A DNA stretch of 64,000 bases from Squalus acanthias. Taxonomy: Eukaryota. Positions 1 through 12,594 of this stretch are shown piece after piece. Each line of letters starts with the position of its first letter. Within the stretch, counting starts at the first letter, position 1. The notes beneath the pieces were generated by a model. The model was not told the DNA's origin. It searched no databases and was given only the letters and a program-made list of their open reading frames with translations. A program made the position numbers and the translations under genes. Location: assembly GCA_030390025.1 (NCBI GenBank), contig CM059432.1, forward strand, positions 47,060,001 to 47,124,000. The letters are read 5' to 3'.

Positions 1-1
1 A

Positions 2-439
2 CCGCATCAGCCAGTTGGTTGGCTTCTCGGGGACAAGGGGTATGCATTGAGCACCTGGCTGATGACACCGCTCCGTACGCCGAACACCCCTGCTGAGCTG
101 CGGTACAATGAGAGCCATCAAGCTACCAGGAACATAATTGAGCGCACAATCGGCGTGCTGAAGCAACGGTTCCGCTGTCTCGACCATTCTGGAGGAGCCC
201 TGCAGTACTCGCCTGAGCGAGTATCCAACTTCGTAGTTGTGTGCTGCATGTTGCATAACATGGCAATCGTCAGGACCCAGCCAATGCCACCAGGCCTTGG
301 AGCACCACCAGAGGAGGAGGAGGAAGAGGAGGAAGAGGACGAGGAGGATGATCATCAGCAGCACCAAGGCGGGAGGGCGGCCCACAATGGTGAAACTGCA
401 AGGGCCGTCCGTCAACGGCTAATAGCAAGCCGCTTCTAG
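2..439 (+). CDS. Harbinger (HARBI1-like, DDE_Tnp_4) transposase, C-terminal part
   Basis: [18 protein letters not shown]...[26 protein letters not shown]...VVCCMLHN plus acidic tail. Confidence 0.9.
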   Translation, partial: PHQPVGWLLGDKGYALSTWLMTPLRTPNTPAELRYNESHQATRNIIERTIGVLKQRFRCLDHSGGALQYSPERVSNFVVVCCMLHNMAIVRTQPMPPGLGAPPEEEEEEEEEDEEDDHQQHQGGRAAHNGETARAVRQRLIASRF

Positions 440-751
440 GGCCCCTGCTGTGGAAATGGCTTCTGCCATTGCTAACAACATCAATGAACCCAGCACGCAA
501 CCCCTAAGCCGGCCAAGGCACCAATAATTCCAAACAACAACCATGTATATTTTGAATACAGAAACTTATTTATTTTACAAACTCTGTGTGTGTCAATTTC
601 TCATGACAAACTCATAGAAATAAACACAAAAAAACAGTCAATAACATAACTGGTTCTCACAACCTGGAGATAATGTCCAAAACACTAAACAAAAGTTGGA
701 CCATGAACCTCGACCTTTAATAAAAAAATGACCAGCATTTTGTCACACCTC

Positions 752-2625
752 CTACTTTTTGCCCTTCGAGGGTGATCTCCTTCCCTTGCGCACTTCCCTC
801 CTTCTAACCCTACTGCTCCTCCGTAATGGGACCTCAGTGGCTGCAGCAAGGCTGGTGGAAGGCTGCTGCTCGTCAGACCCTGACACTGCAGATGCCCCTG
901 AAGGACGGCCTCGACCAGTTCTGGGCCTGGAGGGCCCGGCTGCAGACTGCACCAACTCTGCATGGGCGGCAGCAGTCTGTCCTACAGGCGGTGGCAAGTG
1001 CAGTGGAGAAGTGACAGTGTTGGCAGCAGGAATGCTGTCATCGTGAGAGAGGACAGCAACTCCCTGCTCGCCCGACACACTGGCACTCCCACGGGGCATC
1101 ACTTCAGCATCCGGAGCAATCTGCTGGAGAACAGATTGCTGGCCTGCTGCGGCGCGGTGAGAGCCCTGGGGACATGTGAACGAACCATCGAGGTTGGCAG
1201 CAGTCTGTGCTCGCGTGGCCTCAATCTGAGTCTGCATGAGAGCAGTCAGAGATGGGATCACGGCAGCCAGTGACTGAATTGCAGCACTAAGCGTTAGTGT
1301 GGCATCCGCCTGTGCTACAGCGAAGTGCTCCACACTCCTTGCCAGTGACTCAATGCATTCGGGCACCCTTCCCACTGCACCCATGAGCTCAGTGTGCATG
1401 CCCACCGCCTGGGTGTTCATTTCTGCGATCAGCCGCTCCTCCTCTGCGTCCATTGCAGTAGGAGTCTCTGGCCTACTCTCCCTCTGGGGAGAAGGCCCCC
1501 GTTCTTCCCTACCCCCATGGCGTTGCTGCAGCCCGCTGGGTCCTGGAGCTTCACCCTCATCAGACCCTTCCCCCCTGCTCCCCTCCAGGGAAGGCGTGTT
1601 CCCAGTGTGGGCATGGGCTTCCTCGGGAGAGGGTGGCACTGATGCTCCGGCTTCCTCTTCCTCCTCGGCTGCAGCTTCACTCCCAGTGGCAGCTTCAGGG
1701 CCCGTCTCCTCAGCTGGTGAATCACCATCTGAAAGCAGGGAGGTACAAGAGTGGCTTTAGCGTGAGGACAGGGTGGCAGTAAGGGAGGAATAAGTGCAGC
1801 GAGTTAGCAAGTTGGATTGAAAGTGTCAAAGGCTGGTGTTGTGAGGGACAAGTGGAAGGACAGAGGACAAAAAGGTGATGACCTTACCATTGCTGTCCAG
1901 AACGGGGTCGGCGTCTCCAGTGGCGACGGGACCGATCACCCGGCTTGCCACAATCCTGTGGACGCGCTCCTCAAGATCGCTGAGGGGTTGCAGCTGAGGC
2001 CGCCCTCCACCTGTCCGTTGCTGCTGTCTCCGATTATGCGCCAGCTTGGCCTGTAAGAAAAAGGACAGCATCTGAGTAAATATACAGCCATGGTCTTGCC
2101 TGATGTGCCTCCCATAGGTGAATAGCCCTTACTGTATACAGCCATGGTCTTGCCTGATGTGCCTCCCATAGGTGAATAGCCCTTACTGTATGCAGCCATG
2201 GTCTTGTCTGATGTGCCTCCCATAGGTGAATAGCCCTTACTGTATGCAAAGTGTGGAATGTGTGTGTGTGTTTCATGAAAGGGCCATAGGTGTTGGATGA
2301 GTGTTGGGCATTGGGGTTTTAAGACCCTCTGGCCATAGAGTGAGGTTGAGATGGAGGGATGGAGAGGTATTGAGAAAAAGCCACTCACCCTGACGACCCG
2401 AGTGAGGTCGTTGAACTTTTTGCGGCATTGAGTATGGGTCCTGGGCACCATGCTCCTGGAGGAGACGCTCTGAGCCACCTCCCTCCACACTCTTCTGTAC
2501 TCGCGTGGCAAAGGCCTCCTGCCACTCTCAGGGAAGAGTATACATCTTCTGCGCTCCACCGCGCCAACCAGAGCATCCAAGGCCCGCTCGGTGAAGCGAT
2601 GAGCTCATTCTCTCACCCTCTCCAT
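752..2625 (-). pseudogene. Harbinger Myb/SANT-like DNA-binding gene, 3 exons (2625-2389, 2050-1888, 1728-752), one premature stop
   Basis: MERVRE*AHRFTERALDALV...WREVAQ...RTHTQCRKKFNDL | AKLAHNRRQQQRTGGG | low-complexity exon ending in a basic tail; GT-AG sites keep frame; codon 7 is TGA (likely CpG decay of CGA). Confidence 0.8.
2081..2242. repeat. Tandem repeat, 3 x 54 bp, in intron 1 of the Myb gene
   Basis: Unit tatacagccatggtcttgcctgatgtgcctcccataggtgaatagcccttactg, three near-identical copies. Confidence 0.92.
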
Positions 2626-3249
2626 CCTTGGCAGCAAAATGGATTCACAGGTCTCTCCAGGCCGAGATTCAAGGCTGCAATGAGCAGGGTGTGGCTGGGG
2701 AGCAAGTTGGCCCCCCCCCCCACTTTAAGAAGTGGCCGGCGCCAGTGTGTCTGTGTTCCCTCGCTAACTGGCAGCAGCTGCGCTGCGCTCGCGCGCTGAG
2801 TTAGCGCCTCACTGCTCGGCCTTTGCGCCTTAAGACAGGTGTGCAGCACCTGATTTAGCGCTCCACTCACCTCCCGGGGCGGTAAAAGTGAAGTTTCCAG
2901 TCAGTGGCGATAATTAGCGCCAGGCGCTAATATTTGCGTCCAGACGATATTTGCGCCCCAATTGGGGCGCGACCTAATTTTTCCCCCTTAGAGTCAAGTG
3001 AAATGTATTGGAAAAATGTTACATGTGGGAATGATATGCTGTAGCCATTTCTTTCAATTAACTTATTCATGTAAAATCTCTATTCTGCCCCTATGAAATA
3101 CAATTTGTTTCTGTTAATATGCAAAATATTTATATATATATATATATATTATCACCTAAATAAATATGAGCTCTGAGGCTCCCCTTTTTAATGCTTTCTC
3201 ATGATGTCAATCCTATTACATGAAAGTAAAGTAATAGATTTTTCTTGCT

Positions 3250-4150
3250 GTGGAGGGAGAGAGTTCCAGGATTTTGACCCAGCGATGATGAAGGAACGGC
3301 AGTATATTTCCAAGTCAGGATCGTGTGTAACTTGGAGGGGAACTTGGAGGTGGTGGTGTTTCCATGCACCTGCTGCCCTTGTCCTTCTAGCTGGTAGAGG
3401 TCGTGGGTTTGTGAAGTGCTGTCGAAGAAACCTTGCTTCAGTGCATCTTGTAGATGGTACACACTGCAGTCACGGTGTGCCTGGTGGGGGGAGTGAATGT
3501 TTAAGGTGGTGGATGGGGTGCCAATCAAGCAGGCTGCTATGTCCTGGATGGTGTCGAGCTTCTTGAGTGTTGTTGGAGCTGCACTCATCCAGGCAAGTGG
3601 AGAGTATTCCATCACACTCCTGACTTGTGCCTTGTAGATGGTGGAAAGGCTTTGGGGAGTCGGGAGGTGAGACACTCACCGCAGAATACCCAGCCTCTGA
3701 CCTGTTCTTGTGGCCACATTATTTATGCGGCTGGTCCAGTTTCTGGTCAATTGTGACCCCCAGGATGTTGATGGTGGGGGATTCGGCGATGGTAATGCCG
3801 TTGAATGTCAAGGGGCGGTGGTTAGACTCTCGCTTGTTGGAGATAGTCAATGCCTGCTACTTGTGTGGCGCGAATATTACTTGCCACTTATCAGCCCAAG
3901 CCTGAATGTTGTCCAGGTCTTGCTGCATGCGGACATGGACTGCTTTATTATCTGAGGAGTTGTGAATGGAATTGAACACTGTGCAATCATCAGTTAACAT
4001 CCCCACTTCTGACCTTATGATGGAGGGAAGGTCGAGGTCAAGTAGGCTTTTCCTTCGTGGTGGTTCATTCAACACCTGCCGTAGGCCCAGTCTGGCAGCT
4101 ATGTCCTTCAGGACTCGGCCAGCTCAGTCAGTAGTGGTGCTACCGAGCCT
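3250..4150 (-). mobile_element. Degraded, internally deleted LINE (same family as 6160-12655)
   Basis: YKAQVRSVMEYSPLAWMSAAPTTLKKLDTIQD and DDCTVF remnants on minus strand. Confidence 0.85.
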
Positions 4151-5507
4151 CTTTGCCACAATGCTGAAATAAAAGCCACACAAAGCAAACTTTCCAATCT
4201 AACTTTATATACCTCTATGATATCAAAAAATCAACTCATCACCCTTATGCGTTCCCTTAGCGACTGTCTTGTGTGTGTCTTTGCCTGTCCTACTGATGTC
4301 ACACAGTCTACCCCAGTGACTGCAGCATGGCTGGTGGAAGGCTGCTGACTTTCAGTGGGGGTCACTGCAGATGGCCTTGCTGGTCGCCCTTGAGGAGCTG
4401 GTGGCTGGGAGTGTCAAATCAAGTGGCGGTGTTTCTTCTTCTTCTTCTCCTTCTTCACTCTCCTCTCCCTCTTCTTGGTCAACCATTGGCTGGGCAGGCT
4501 GCATTTCTTGGGTGTGTGAAAGGAGTTGTGGTCAGGGGAGGGCGGGAAAGCAAGAGGTGCATGCGAGAAGGAGGATAGCGTATGAGGATACCAGCATCTT
4601 GAATCCTTTCAGCCCCGATGCTGGCGAAGGGCTCAGCCATGCCCCTGCCAAGACTGGCCAGCACCGTCTCCTCCAAGGGGGTGAGGTGAAGCTAGGAATG
4701 TGAGGTATGCCTCGTGTTTGGTACAGATTGCTGGTAGGTGAGTGATTGCAGGTGCGGGGGGAAGGGGGAATTGTGCAATGAGAAGTGTGTGAGGCTAGTG
4801 GTTCAGTTGGTAGGAGACGGCTTTTGAAGATGCATTCACTGACATTGACCACTGGTCTGAGGTCATGAAACTTCTTTGGGCACTGGAGCCAGGTCATGGG
4901 AGCGACACTGCTGGCAGTGACGGCCTCGGTGATCTGGTCCCACATCCTTCTTTCTGGAGGGCCTCCTGGCCCCTGTGGGTAGAGGACCTCTCTTGCAGTG
5001 TTGACCCCCTGCACAAAGCTGGAGTGCTGCGTGCAAGACCCTGGGTGGCCCTTCCATGACTTGCTGAGCCATTTGTGTTAGTGCTGAAGCACTTTTCCCA
5101 TTTTTTTAGGTGTGGAAGGCAATTCACCGTTAAGAGCTGAAGACTCCCATTTGGGAATTCCTTTTAATGCCTTTTTTTCCAGAAGACAGTTGAGCTGAAA
5201 GGGCTGAAAGCTGCCTATTATTAAATAATTTTTATTTTTTTCATTTTAGAAGGCAGTTCCCCTTTAAATGACCGGACTGCTCTCTAAAATGACATCCTTG
5301 CTTTAAGAGAAGACTGTACTTGCTGCAATGATGCTATGGCCATGCTACATTGGGGCCTCCAGCCGGGACTAATGCCACAAAAGCGTTAATGTTAATTAGC
5401 TACCAGCGCCAATATCCCGGTCCTGCCAGCACCATCAATTTCAGCGCCCGTTAACTCCAGCCCATAGTGGTTCCAGCAGGTTCTTGGCGATCTCGAATTT
5501 CTAGGCC
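4150..5507 (-). mobile_element. Harbinger remnant (Myb gene fragments), related to 28906-32750
   Basis: MWDQITEAV...[12 protein letters not shown]; end GAATTTCTAGGCC then TAA; 4150-5200 is similar to 31570-32400. Confidence 0.7.
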
Positions 5508-7167
5508 TAAGAGTTAGATACAGTCTGCATGCAGCCTAGCTGTACATTTTTCAGAGTTTGTTACAGAGCAAATTGGGTGCTTATTTCACCCACAGTCCTT
5601 AATATAGAATTGCATATGTTGCTGATGTAATTTGACACATGTGTATTCCATTCATCCAAGCAGAATTATATGCACTCCCTGTTTTGAATACATCGTGAAT
5701 GATATCGAACACTGACACTCAATAGGGGTGGAACTCCTTCAGCTCACAGATCCAAGATGATCCATGAGCAGTAAAGTGCTCTTGCCAGCCTTTTGGAGAA
5801 AAGAAAATGTAATTGCTACTGACAACAGACATGGAGATTACCTATTTGGTCGGAATCTTTTGTCTTGAAGTAGTCACTGTCAACCCCTGAACAGCATAAG
5901 TAACACGATATAGTAAACCATTACTGACAGTGCTTTCCTGCACCGTGTTCCGAACTCCCATTGGACTGGAGTACCCAATGCGCACAGATCTCATGACAAT
6001 CACACTGAAGGAGTGCAGAATATTCAGCTACCATCTAGTATAAACAGCTGAAGTAATTAAAGGCTAATATAGGGGATGAATTTTTGGTCTGCTGCTCAGC
6101 AGAATTGGGGCAGTAGCACCCCAAAAATGTTGGAGAATGATGTACTGTGCCAAAAGGGGAACGATAGCATAGTGGTAATGTCACTGGGTTAGTAATCCAA
6201 AGATCTGGATTAATGATCTAGAGACGTGAGTTCAAATCCCACCACAGCAGCTGGGGAATTTAAATTCAGTTAATTACCTAAATCTGGAATAAAAAAGCTA
6301 GTATCAGTAATGGTAACCATGAAACTATCGGATTGTCGTAAAAACCCATCTGGTTCACTAATGTCCTTTAGGGAAGGAAATCTGCTGTCCTTACCTGGTG
6401 TGGCCTATATGTGACTCCAGACCCACAGCAATGTGGTTGACTCTTTGGCCCAGCAAGACACTCAGTTGTAACAATGAAACAAAATAATAAGAAAGAAACC
6501 GGACTGACCACCCAGCATCAGCACCGGCTATGGGCACAGCAATGGCATGCCCAGCCGACCCTGCAAAGTCCTCCTCACCAACATCTGGGGACTTGTGCCA
6601 AAATTGGGAGAGCTGTCCCACTGACTAGTCAAGCAACAGCCTGACATAGTCATACTCACAGAATCATACCTTTCAGCCAATGTCCCAAACGCCTCCATCA
6701 CCATCCCAGGGGTGGCGGCACAGTGGTATACAGTCGGGAAGGAGTGTCCCTGGGAGTCCTCAACATTGACTCCGGACCCCATGATGTCTCATGGCTTCAA
6801 ATCAAACATGGGCAAGGAAACCTCCTGCTGATTACCACCTCCCGCCCTCCCTCAGCTGATGAATCAGTGCTCCGCCATGTTGAACACCACTTGGAAGAAG
6901 CACTAAAAGTAGCAAGGGCACAAAATGTATTCTAGGTGGGGACTTCAATGTCCATCACCAAGAGTGGCTCGGTAGCACCACTACTGACCGAGCTGGCCAG
7001 TCCTGAAGGACATAACTGCCAGTCTGGGCCTGCGACAGGTGGTGAGTGAACCAACATGAGGGAAAAATCTACTTGACCTCGTCCTCACCAAGCTACCTGT
7101 CGCAGATGCATCTGTCCATGACAGTATTGGTAGCAGTGACCACCGCACAGTCATTGTGGAGACATTC

Positions 7168-10100
7168 GGTCTCGATTTTGCCATTGTGGGCGGGCTGGGG
7201 CGTGTCAGGTGGCATTTGTATCAGGACTCCGAAGTGAAGTGTGGAAAAAGTGCGATTTTCCCCTAATTGGTCAATTGATTTCCAGCATGTGGGAACCCCT
7301 GGCCCAATGAGTCTTTTCATCCAGAAAGTCACCTCCGATGATGTCATCAATGCTGCTGGATTTAAGGCCGGAAAGCAGCCTTGCTTCTTCTGGAGACTGC
7401 AAACTTTATGGCCATTGTAGTAAGCACTTCATTGATCGACTATGTCCACCAGCAGGCCAAAGTGTGCTCCACGCTTCGATGAGCCCTCCCTCCAAGCTCT
7501 GGTGGAGGGAGCAAGATCGAATAAAGAGGTGCTTTTCCCTTCCTCGGAGAAAAAAGCCACCCCAGCAGACTAAAGCTGTGTGGCTGCAAGTGGCCCAGGA
7601 GGTCAACTCCATCTCGATGAGCCGCAGAACCTGGCTGCAATGCAGGAAGAGGTTTCATGACCTTCTCCGCACAGGAAAAGTGAGTATGACTTTCCCATCA
7701 CCCTCAATCTGATCCCCATCGCCTCTCCTCACCAGCACTCTGCTTTGCCAACCACTTCCTCCACATCCCACTTGACACTTACAACCCTGCACCCTTACCC
7801 ATTCCCTCTCTCTCTATGGTCACATTCACTTAACTATTCGACCATGCAGCCCTCACACTCCCTATCACTGTGATGCAACAACAACTTACAACACACAGGG
7901 AGGGCCCTTTGTCTCCTTCTAAGCATCTATGCTATGGAATCTCTACACTCACTCCTTCATTCTCACTCAAACTCCACTTGTGTCCCTCATTGCAGGAAAA
8001 GAGAGCCCACAATAAGAGGGAAAGAGCCATGACAGGAGGAGGGCCACCCTCAGTAGCCCAGCTCACCGCCTGGGAGGAGGCGGCCCTGGAAATTGCCGGG
8101 ATCGAGGACGATTCCCAAGTGGGGGACGGACAGATGGGCACATCGCAGCAAGCTGGTGACAGAATAGTTTGGCATCTCTCTCATTGACATTGCATGAGTC
8201 ACTGATAATGATTCTGATGCTCTAACAGATTGACTTATGATCATCTGCACTATTCAATGTGCATGTAACCTTGACCTCACATCTCTAACTCTTTCCTTTA
8301 CTCCCCAACAGGACCATCGAAAGCCCCCGTCCCCACTGTCCAGGAGGAACAGCCTGAGCCTTCAGACTCCTCAGAGGAAGCTGCAACCTCTGAGGGTGCA
8401 ACGTCAGCAGAATTCAGCGCATCCAGCACCAGCGCAGACACTCATACATCGGTGGGACCTTCGCGAGATAGAGTAGTGTTGTCACCTGGTGTATCACAAC
8501 TCACAAGTCAGCATCAGCAGATGATGGAGACAGAGACAGCAGTGGAGAGTCCTCATCGGAGGGCACAGGACTCTGCCAGCTCGGCTCAGCTGCATGTCAA
8601 CCCTGTGCCTCCAGGTCCATCCAGAAGGAGAGCGGTGCTGGAACTCCAGGAACAGGTGCAGGAGTCTCTGGCAGGTTTTGTCTCCAGGGTCGCTGCGAGT
8701 GTGGAGCGAATGGAGGAGTCCATCGCGAACATGAGCAGAGCCTTTGTGGAGGCATTAGCGCATGAACGCATCACCGCGGAAATGATGGCAACCTCCGTGG
8801 AAAAGATGGCTACCTCCGTGGTAAGGCTGGCTACCGTAGAGGAGAGGATGACTACGGTAGAGGAGAGGATGGCTACAGCCATGGAGGAGCTTAGGCGCCA
8901 GGGTCTTGAAAATATGGTCATTGTTCAGAATAGAATGACATCTCTTAAGGAGCGATGGTCAGCTATTGAGCATACAAACCAAACCTTCATGGAAGTCCTC
9001 TGGAGTTGGACTTCCAGTGCAGAAATGGGTCCTCATGGCCCCCCTGCAATGCAGCAAGGTGCAGTCAAGCCACTTGCTAGCTCTGAAATGGGGCTGACCC
9101 ATGAGAGGGATGTTGGTGGCAGACAACAAGGAAGTGGGGGCTCCTCTCCAAGCGCTCACACGACCATGCCACTGCAGAGCCCTCAGTCAGAGCCCCACCA
9201 GAGTCCTCACCCAACTGAGATGGGCATCTCAGCCCCTGCACAGCCGCAGGAGCAGCAGACTGATGCCGAGCCCTCACAGGTTCGCAATCCCAGAAGACGC
9301 CCGCCAAAGGTGTCGAGACAGGAGCAGCAAGAATGTGAGCAAGGGGCCACCACATCTGCTGAAGCCACAGGGGAAGCACCACGTAGGAGCACGCTTAAGA
9401 GGAAGATAAAGCACAAGTAGTCACAAGGGTAGTCACTTGGGTGTTGTGATGTATTGTTTTTTGACCAGCCATCCTTGTCATGGTATCATAAACAGATTTG
9501 ATGACAAACTGTTGAAGTTGTGGCCTGTGTCATTTTGCAAATGGGACTTCCACATTGAGGGCTTAGGGTGACTTGCAATTGTCAGTAGGTGGTCAGAGTA
9601 ATAGGAATCCGCAGGTTCTTGTCCATTGTCGATGGTCAAGTAAGAAGGTGCGAGGCAAAAGTGTTTGATTGTGCAGGCTAAGCAAATCTGGCCAACATGA
9701 GTGCGTCCCTTGCATCCCGGCCAGCAATGTGGTCGCACGCTGGCACCTTCTGGCCTGTGCAGCTTCAGGTGGGTGAGCAGCAGCTTGGCGCTCCTGTTGT
9801 TGCTGCTGCTGTTGCTCATGGGTCTGCTGCTGTCGTGGCTGGTCTTCATCCAAATCTGATGTCCAGGAGGAAAGGAAATAAATGTTCGCCATGCTTCTGG
9901 TATATGCCTCAGTTGAGGAAGCGCTCAGTCAAGGTGGGGAGAGGGGTTTCCCAGAAGGTCACACTGGAGATGGGTGTCAGGCTCCAAACTTCCACAACAA
10001 TGAGCATGCCTGCTAAAAGTCCCCCAGACCTGAGACAACAAAGTTCTGCCACCTGCAAATGATGATTGCTGAAAACTCCTTTTTAATGGTGGAGCTGCAG

Positions 10101-10421
10101 CTGTTAGTAAGCAATCCAATTGTGAGGCCGACAGGATTAACTGGCGTGTTCCAAAGGAGGCGTGTAGGATGGGGGAAATGTCTAAAAATCAGAAAGGCGT
10201 CTCAAAATGGGATTATAGGGGCAATTAAGTGGTTGTTAAGGGCCTTAAGGGCCTATCCCGCCTCTTGGAGGCAGGGTGGAAACGGGGTCTGAAAACACGA
10301 ATTTGGGAAAATTGCTCGGAGGCGGAATGGAGGCGGGATCAGACCCGGCCACCATTTTTTGCGATTTTGACAACTCACATGCCTCCAATCCCACCTCCAC
10401 GGGCCTGGCAAAATCGAGCCC
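7168..10421 (+). mobile_element. Non-autonomous Harbinger carrying a Myb/SANT gene (exons about 7442-7679, 7996-8155, 8312-9420); transposase core deleted
   Basis: TIRs GGTCTCGATTTTGCCA / TGGCAAAATCGAGCCC; APRFDEPSLQALVEG..WLQVAQEV..RTWLQCRKRFHDL with a frameshift near 7540; EKRAHNKRERAMTGGG; flanks rejoin as LINE ...GTGGAGAC/GAAGTCCC. Confidence 0.85.
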
Positions 10422-12594
10422 GAAGTCCCGTCGTCACACTAAGGACACCCTCCATCGTGTTGTGTGGCACTACCAACGTGCTAAATGGGATAGATTCAGA
10501 ACAAATCTAGCAGCTCAAAACTGGGCATCCATGAGGCGCTGTGGGCCATCAGCAGCAGCAGAATTGTATTCCACCACAATCTGTAACCTCATGGCCCGGC
10601 ATATCCCTCACTCTACCATTACTATCAAGCCAGGGGACCAACCCTGGTTCAATAAGGAGTGTAGAAGAGCATGCCAGGAGCAACACCAGGCGTACCTAAA
10701 AATGAGGTGCCAACCTGGGGAAGCTGCAGCACAGGACTACATGCATGCTAAAAAGCGGAAGCAGCATGCTTTTGACAGGGCTAAGCGATCCCACAATCAA
10801 CGGATCAGATCAAAGCTCTGCAGTCCTGCCACATCCAGTCGTGAATGGTGGTGGACCATTAAACAACTAACTGGAGGAGGAGGCTCCATGAATATCCCTA
10901 TCCTCAATGATGGTGGAGCCCAACACATGATTGCAAAAGACAAGGCTGAAGTATTTGCAACCATTTTCAGCCAGAAATATTGAGTGGATGATTCATATCG
11001 GCCTCCTCCTGAGGTCCCCACCAGCACAGAAGCCAGTCTTCAGCCAATTCGATTCACTCCACGTGATATCAAGAAATGGCGCAGCGCACTGGATACAGCA
11101 AAGGTTATGGGCCCTGACAACATCCCGGCTATCGTGCTGAAGGCTTGTGCTCCAGAACTAGCCGCACCTCTAGCCAAGCTGTTCCAGTACAGCTACAACA
11201 CTGGCATCTATCCGACAATGTGGAATACTGCCCAGGTATGTCCTGTCCACAAAAAGCAGGACAAATCCAATCCGGCCAATTACCGCCCCATCAGTCTACT
11301 CTCAATCATCAGCAAAGTGATGGAAGGTGTCATCGACAGTGCTATCAAGCGGCACTTACACACCTATAACCTGCTCACTGATGCCCAGTTTGGGTTCCGC
11401 CAAGACCACTCTGCTCCCGACCTCATAACAACTTTGGTCCAAACATGGACAAAGGAGCTGAATTCCAGAGGTGAGGTGAGAGTGACTGCCCTTGACATCA
11501 AGGCAGCATTTGACCGAGTGTGGCATCAAGGAGCCCTAGTAAAACTGAAGTCAGTGGGAATCGGGGGGAAAACTCTCCACTGGCTGGAGTCATACCTAGC
11601 ACAAAGGAAGATGGTTGTGGTGATTGAAGGTCAATCATCACAGCCCCAGGACATCGCTGCAGGAGTTCCTCAGGGCAGTGTCCTAGGCCCAACCATCTTT
11701 AGCTGCTTCATCAATGACCTTCCCTCCAACATAAGATCAGAAATGGGGATGTTTGCTGATGACTGCACAGTGTTCAGTGCCATTCGCAACTCCTCAGATA
11801 ATGAAGCAGTCCATGCCCGCAGGCAGCAAGACCTGGACGACGTTCAGGCTTGGGCTGATAAGTGGCAGGTAACATTCGCGCCACAGAAGTGCCAGGCAAT
11901 GACTATCTCCTACAAGCGAGAGTCTAACTACCGCCCCTTGACATTCAACAACATTACCATCACCAAATCCCCCACCATCAACATCCTGGGGGTCACCATT
12001 GACCAGAAACTTAACTGGACCAGCCACATAAATACTGTGGCAACAAGAGCAGGTCAGAGGCTAGGTATTCTACGGCAAGTGTCTCACCTCCTGACTCCCC
12101 AAAAAATTTCTACCATCTACAAGGCACAAGTAAGGATTGTGATGGAATACTCTCCACTTGCCTGGATGAGTGCAGCTCCAAGAACACTCAAGAAGCTCGA
12201 CACCATCCAGGACAAAGCAGCCCGCTTGATTGGCACCCCATCCACCACCGTAAACATTCACTCCCTCCACCACCGGCGTACCGTGGCTGCAGTGTTTACC
12301 ATCTACAAGATGCACTGCAGCAACTCGCCAAGACTTCTTCGGCAGCTCCTCCCAAACCTGCGACCTCTACCACCTAGAAGGACAAGGGCAGCAGGCGCAT
12401 GGGAACACCACCACCTCCAAGTTCCCTTCCAAGTCACACACCATCTTGACTTAGAAGTATATCCTCGTTCCTTCATCGTCGCTGGGTCAAAATCCTGGAA
12501 CTCCATACCTAACAGCACTGTGGCAGTACCTTCACCACGCGGACTGCAGCGGTTCAAGAAGGCGGCTCACCACCACCTTCTCAAGTGCAATTAG
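10422..12594 (+). pseudogene. LINE ORF2 (linker and reverse transcriptase) with an in-frame stop at 10981
   Basis: ORFs 10276-10983 and 10984-12594 share a frame; motifs [43 protein letters not shown]. Confidence 0.88.

Larger units (their letters stand above)
1..2987. mobile_element. PIF/Harbinger DNA transposon (cut by window edge): transposase and convergent Myb/SANT gene
   Basis: Transposase C-terminus on +, spliced Myb-like gene on -, end ...CCTAATTTTTCCCCC followed by TTA. Confidence 0.88.

Noticed and set aside
2081..2242. CRISPR-like array or coding repeat (YSKGYSPMGGTS)
   Set aside because: Head-to-tail 54-mers with no spacers, in a eukaryotic transposon intron; the ORF is read-through.
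6160..6250. Possible tRNA gene
   Set aside because: Has A/B boxes but no convincing cloverleaf; it is a retroelement head repeated at about 38410-38503.
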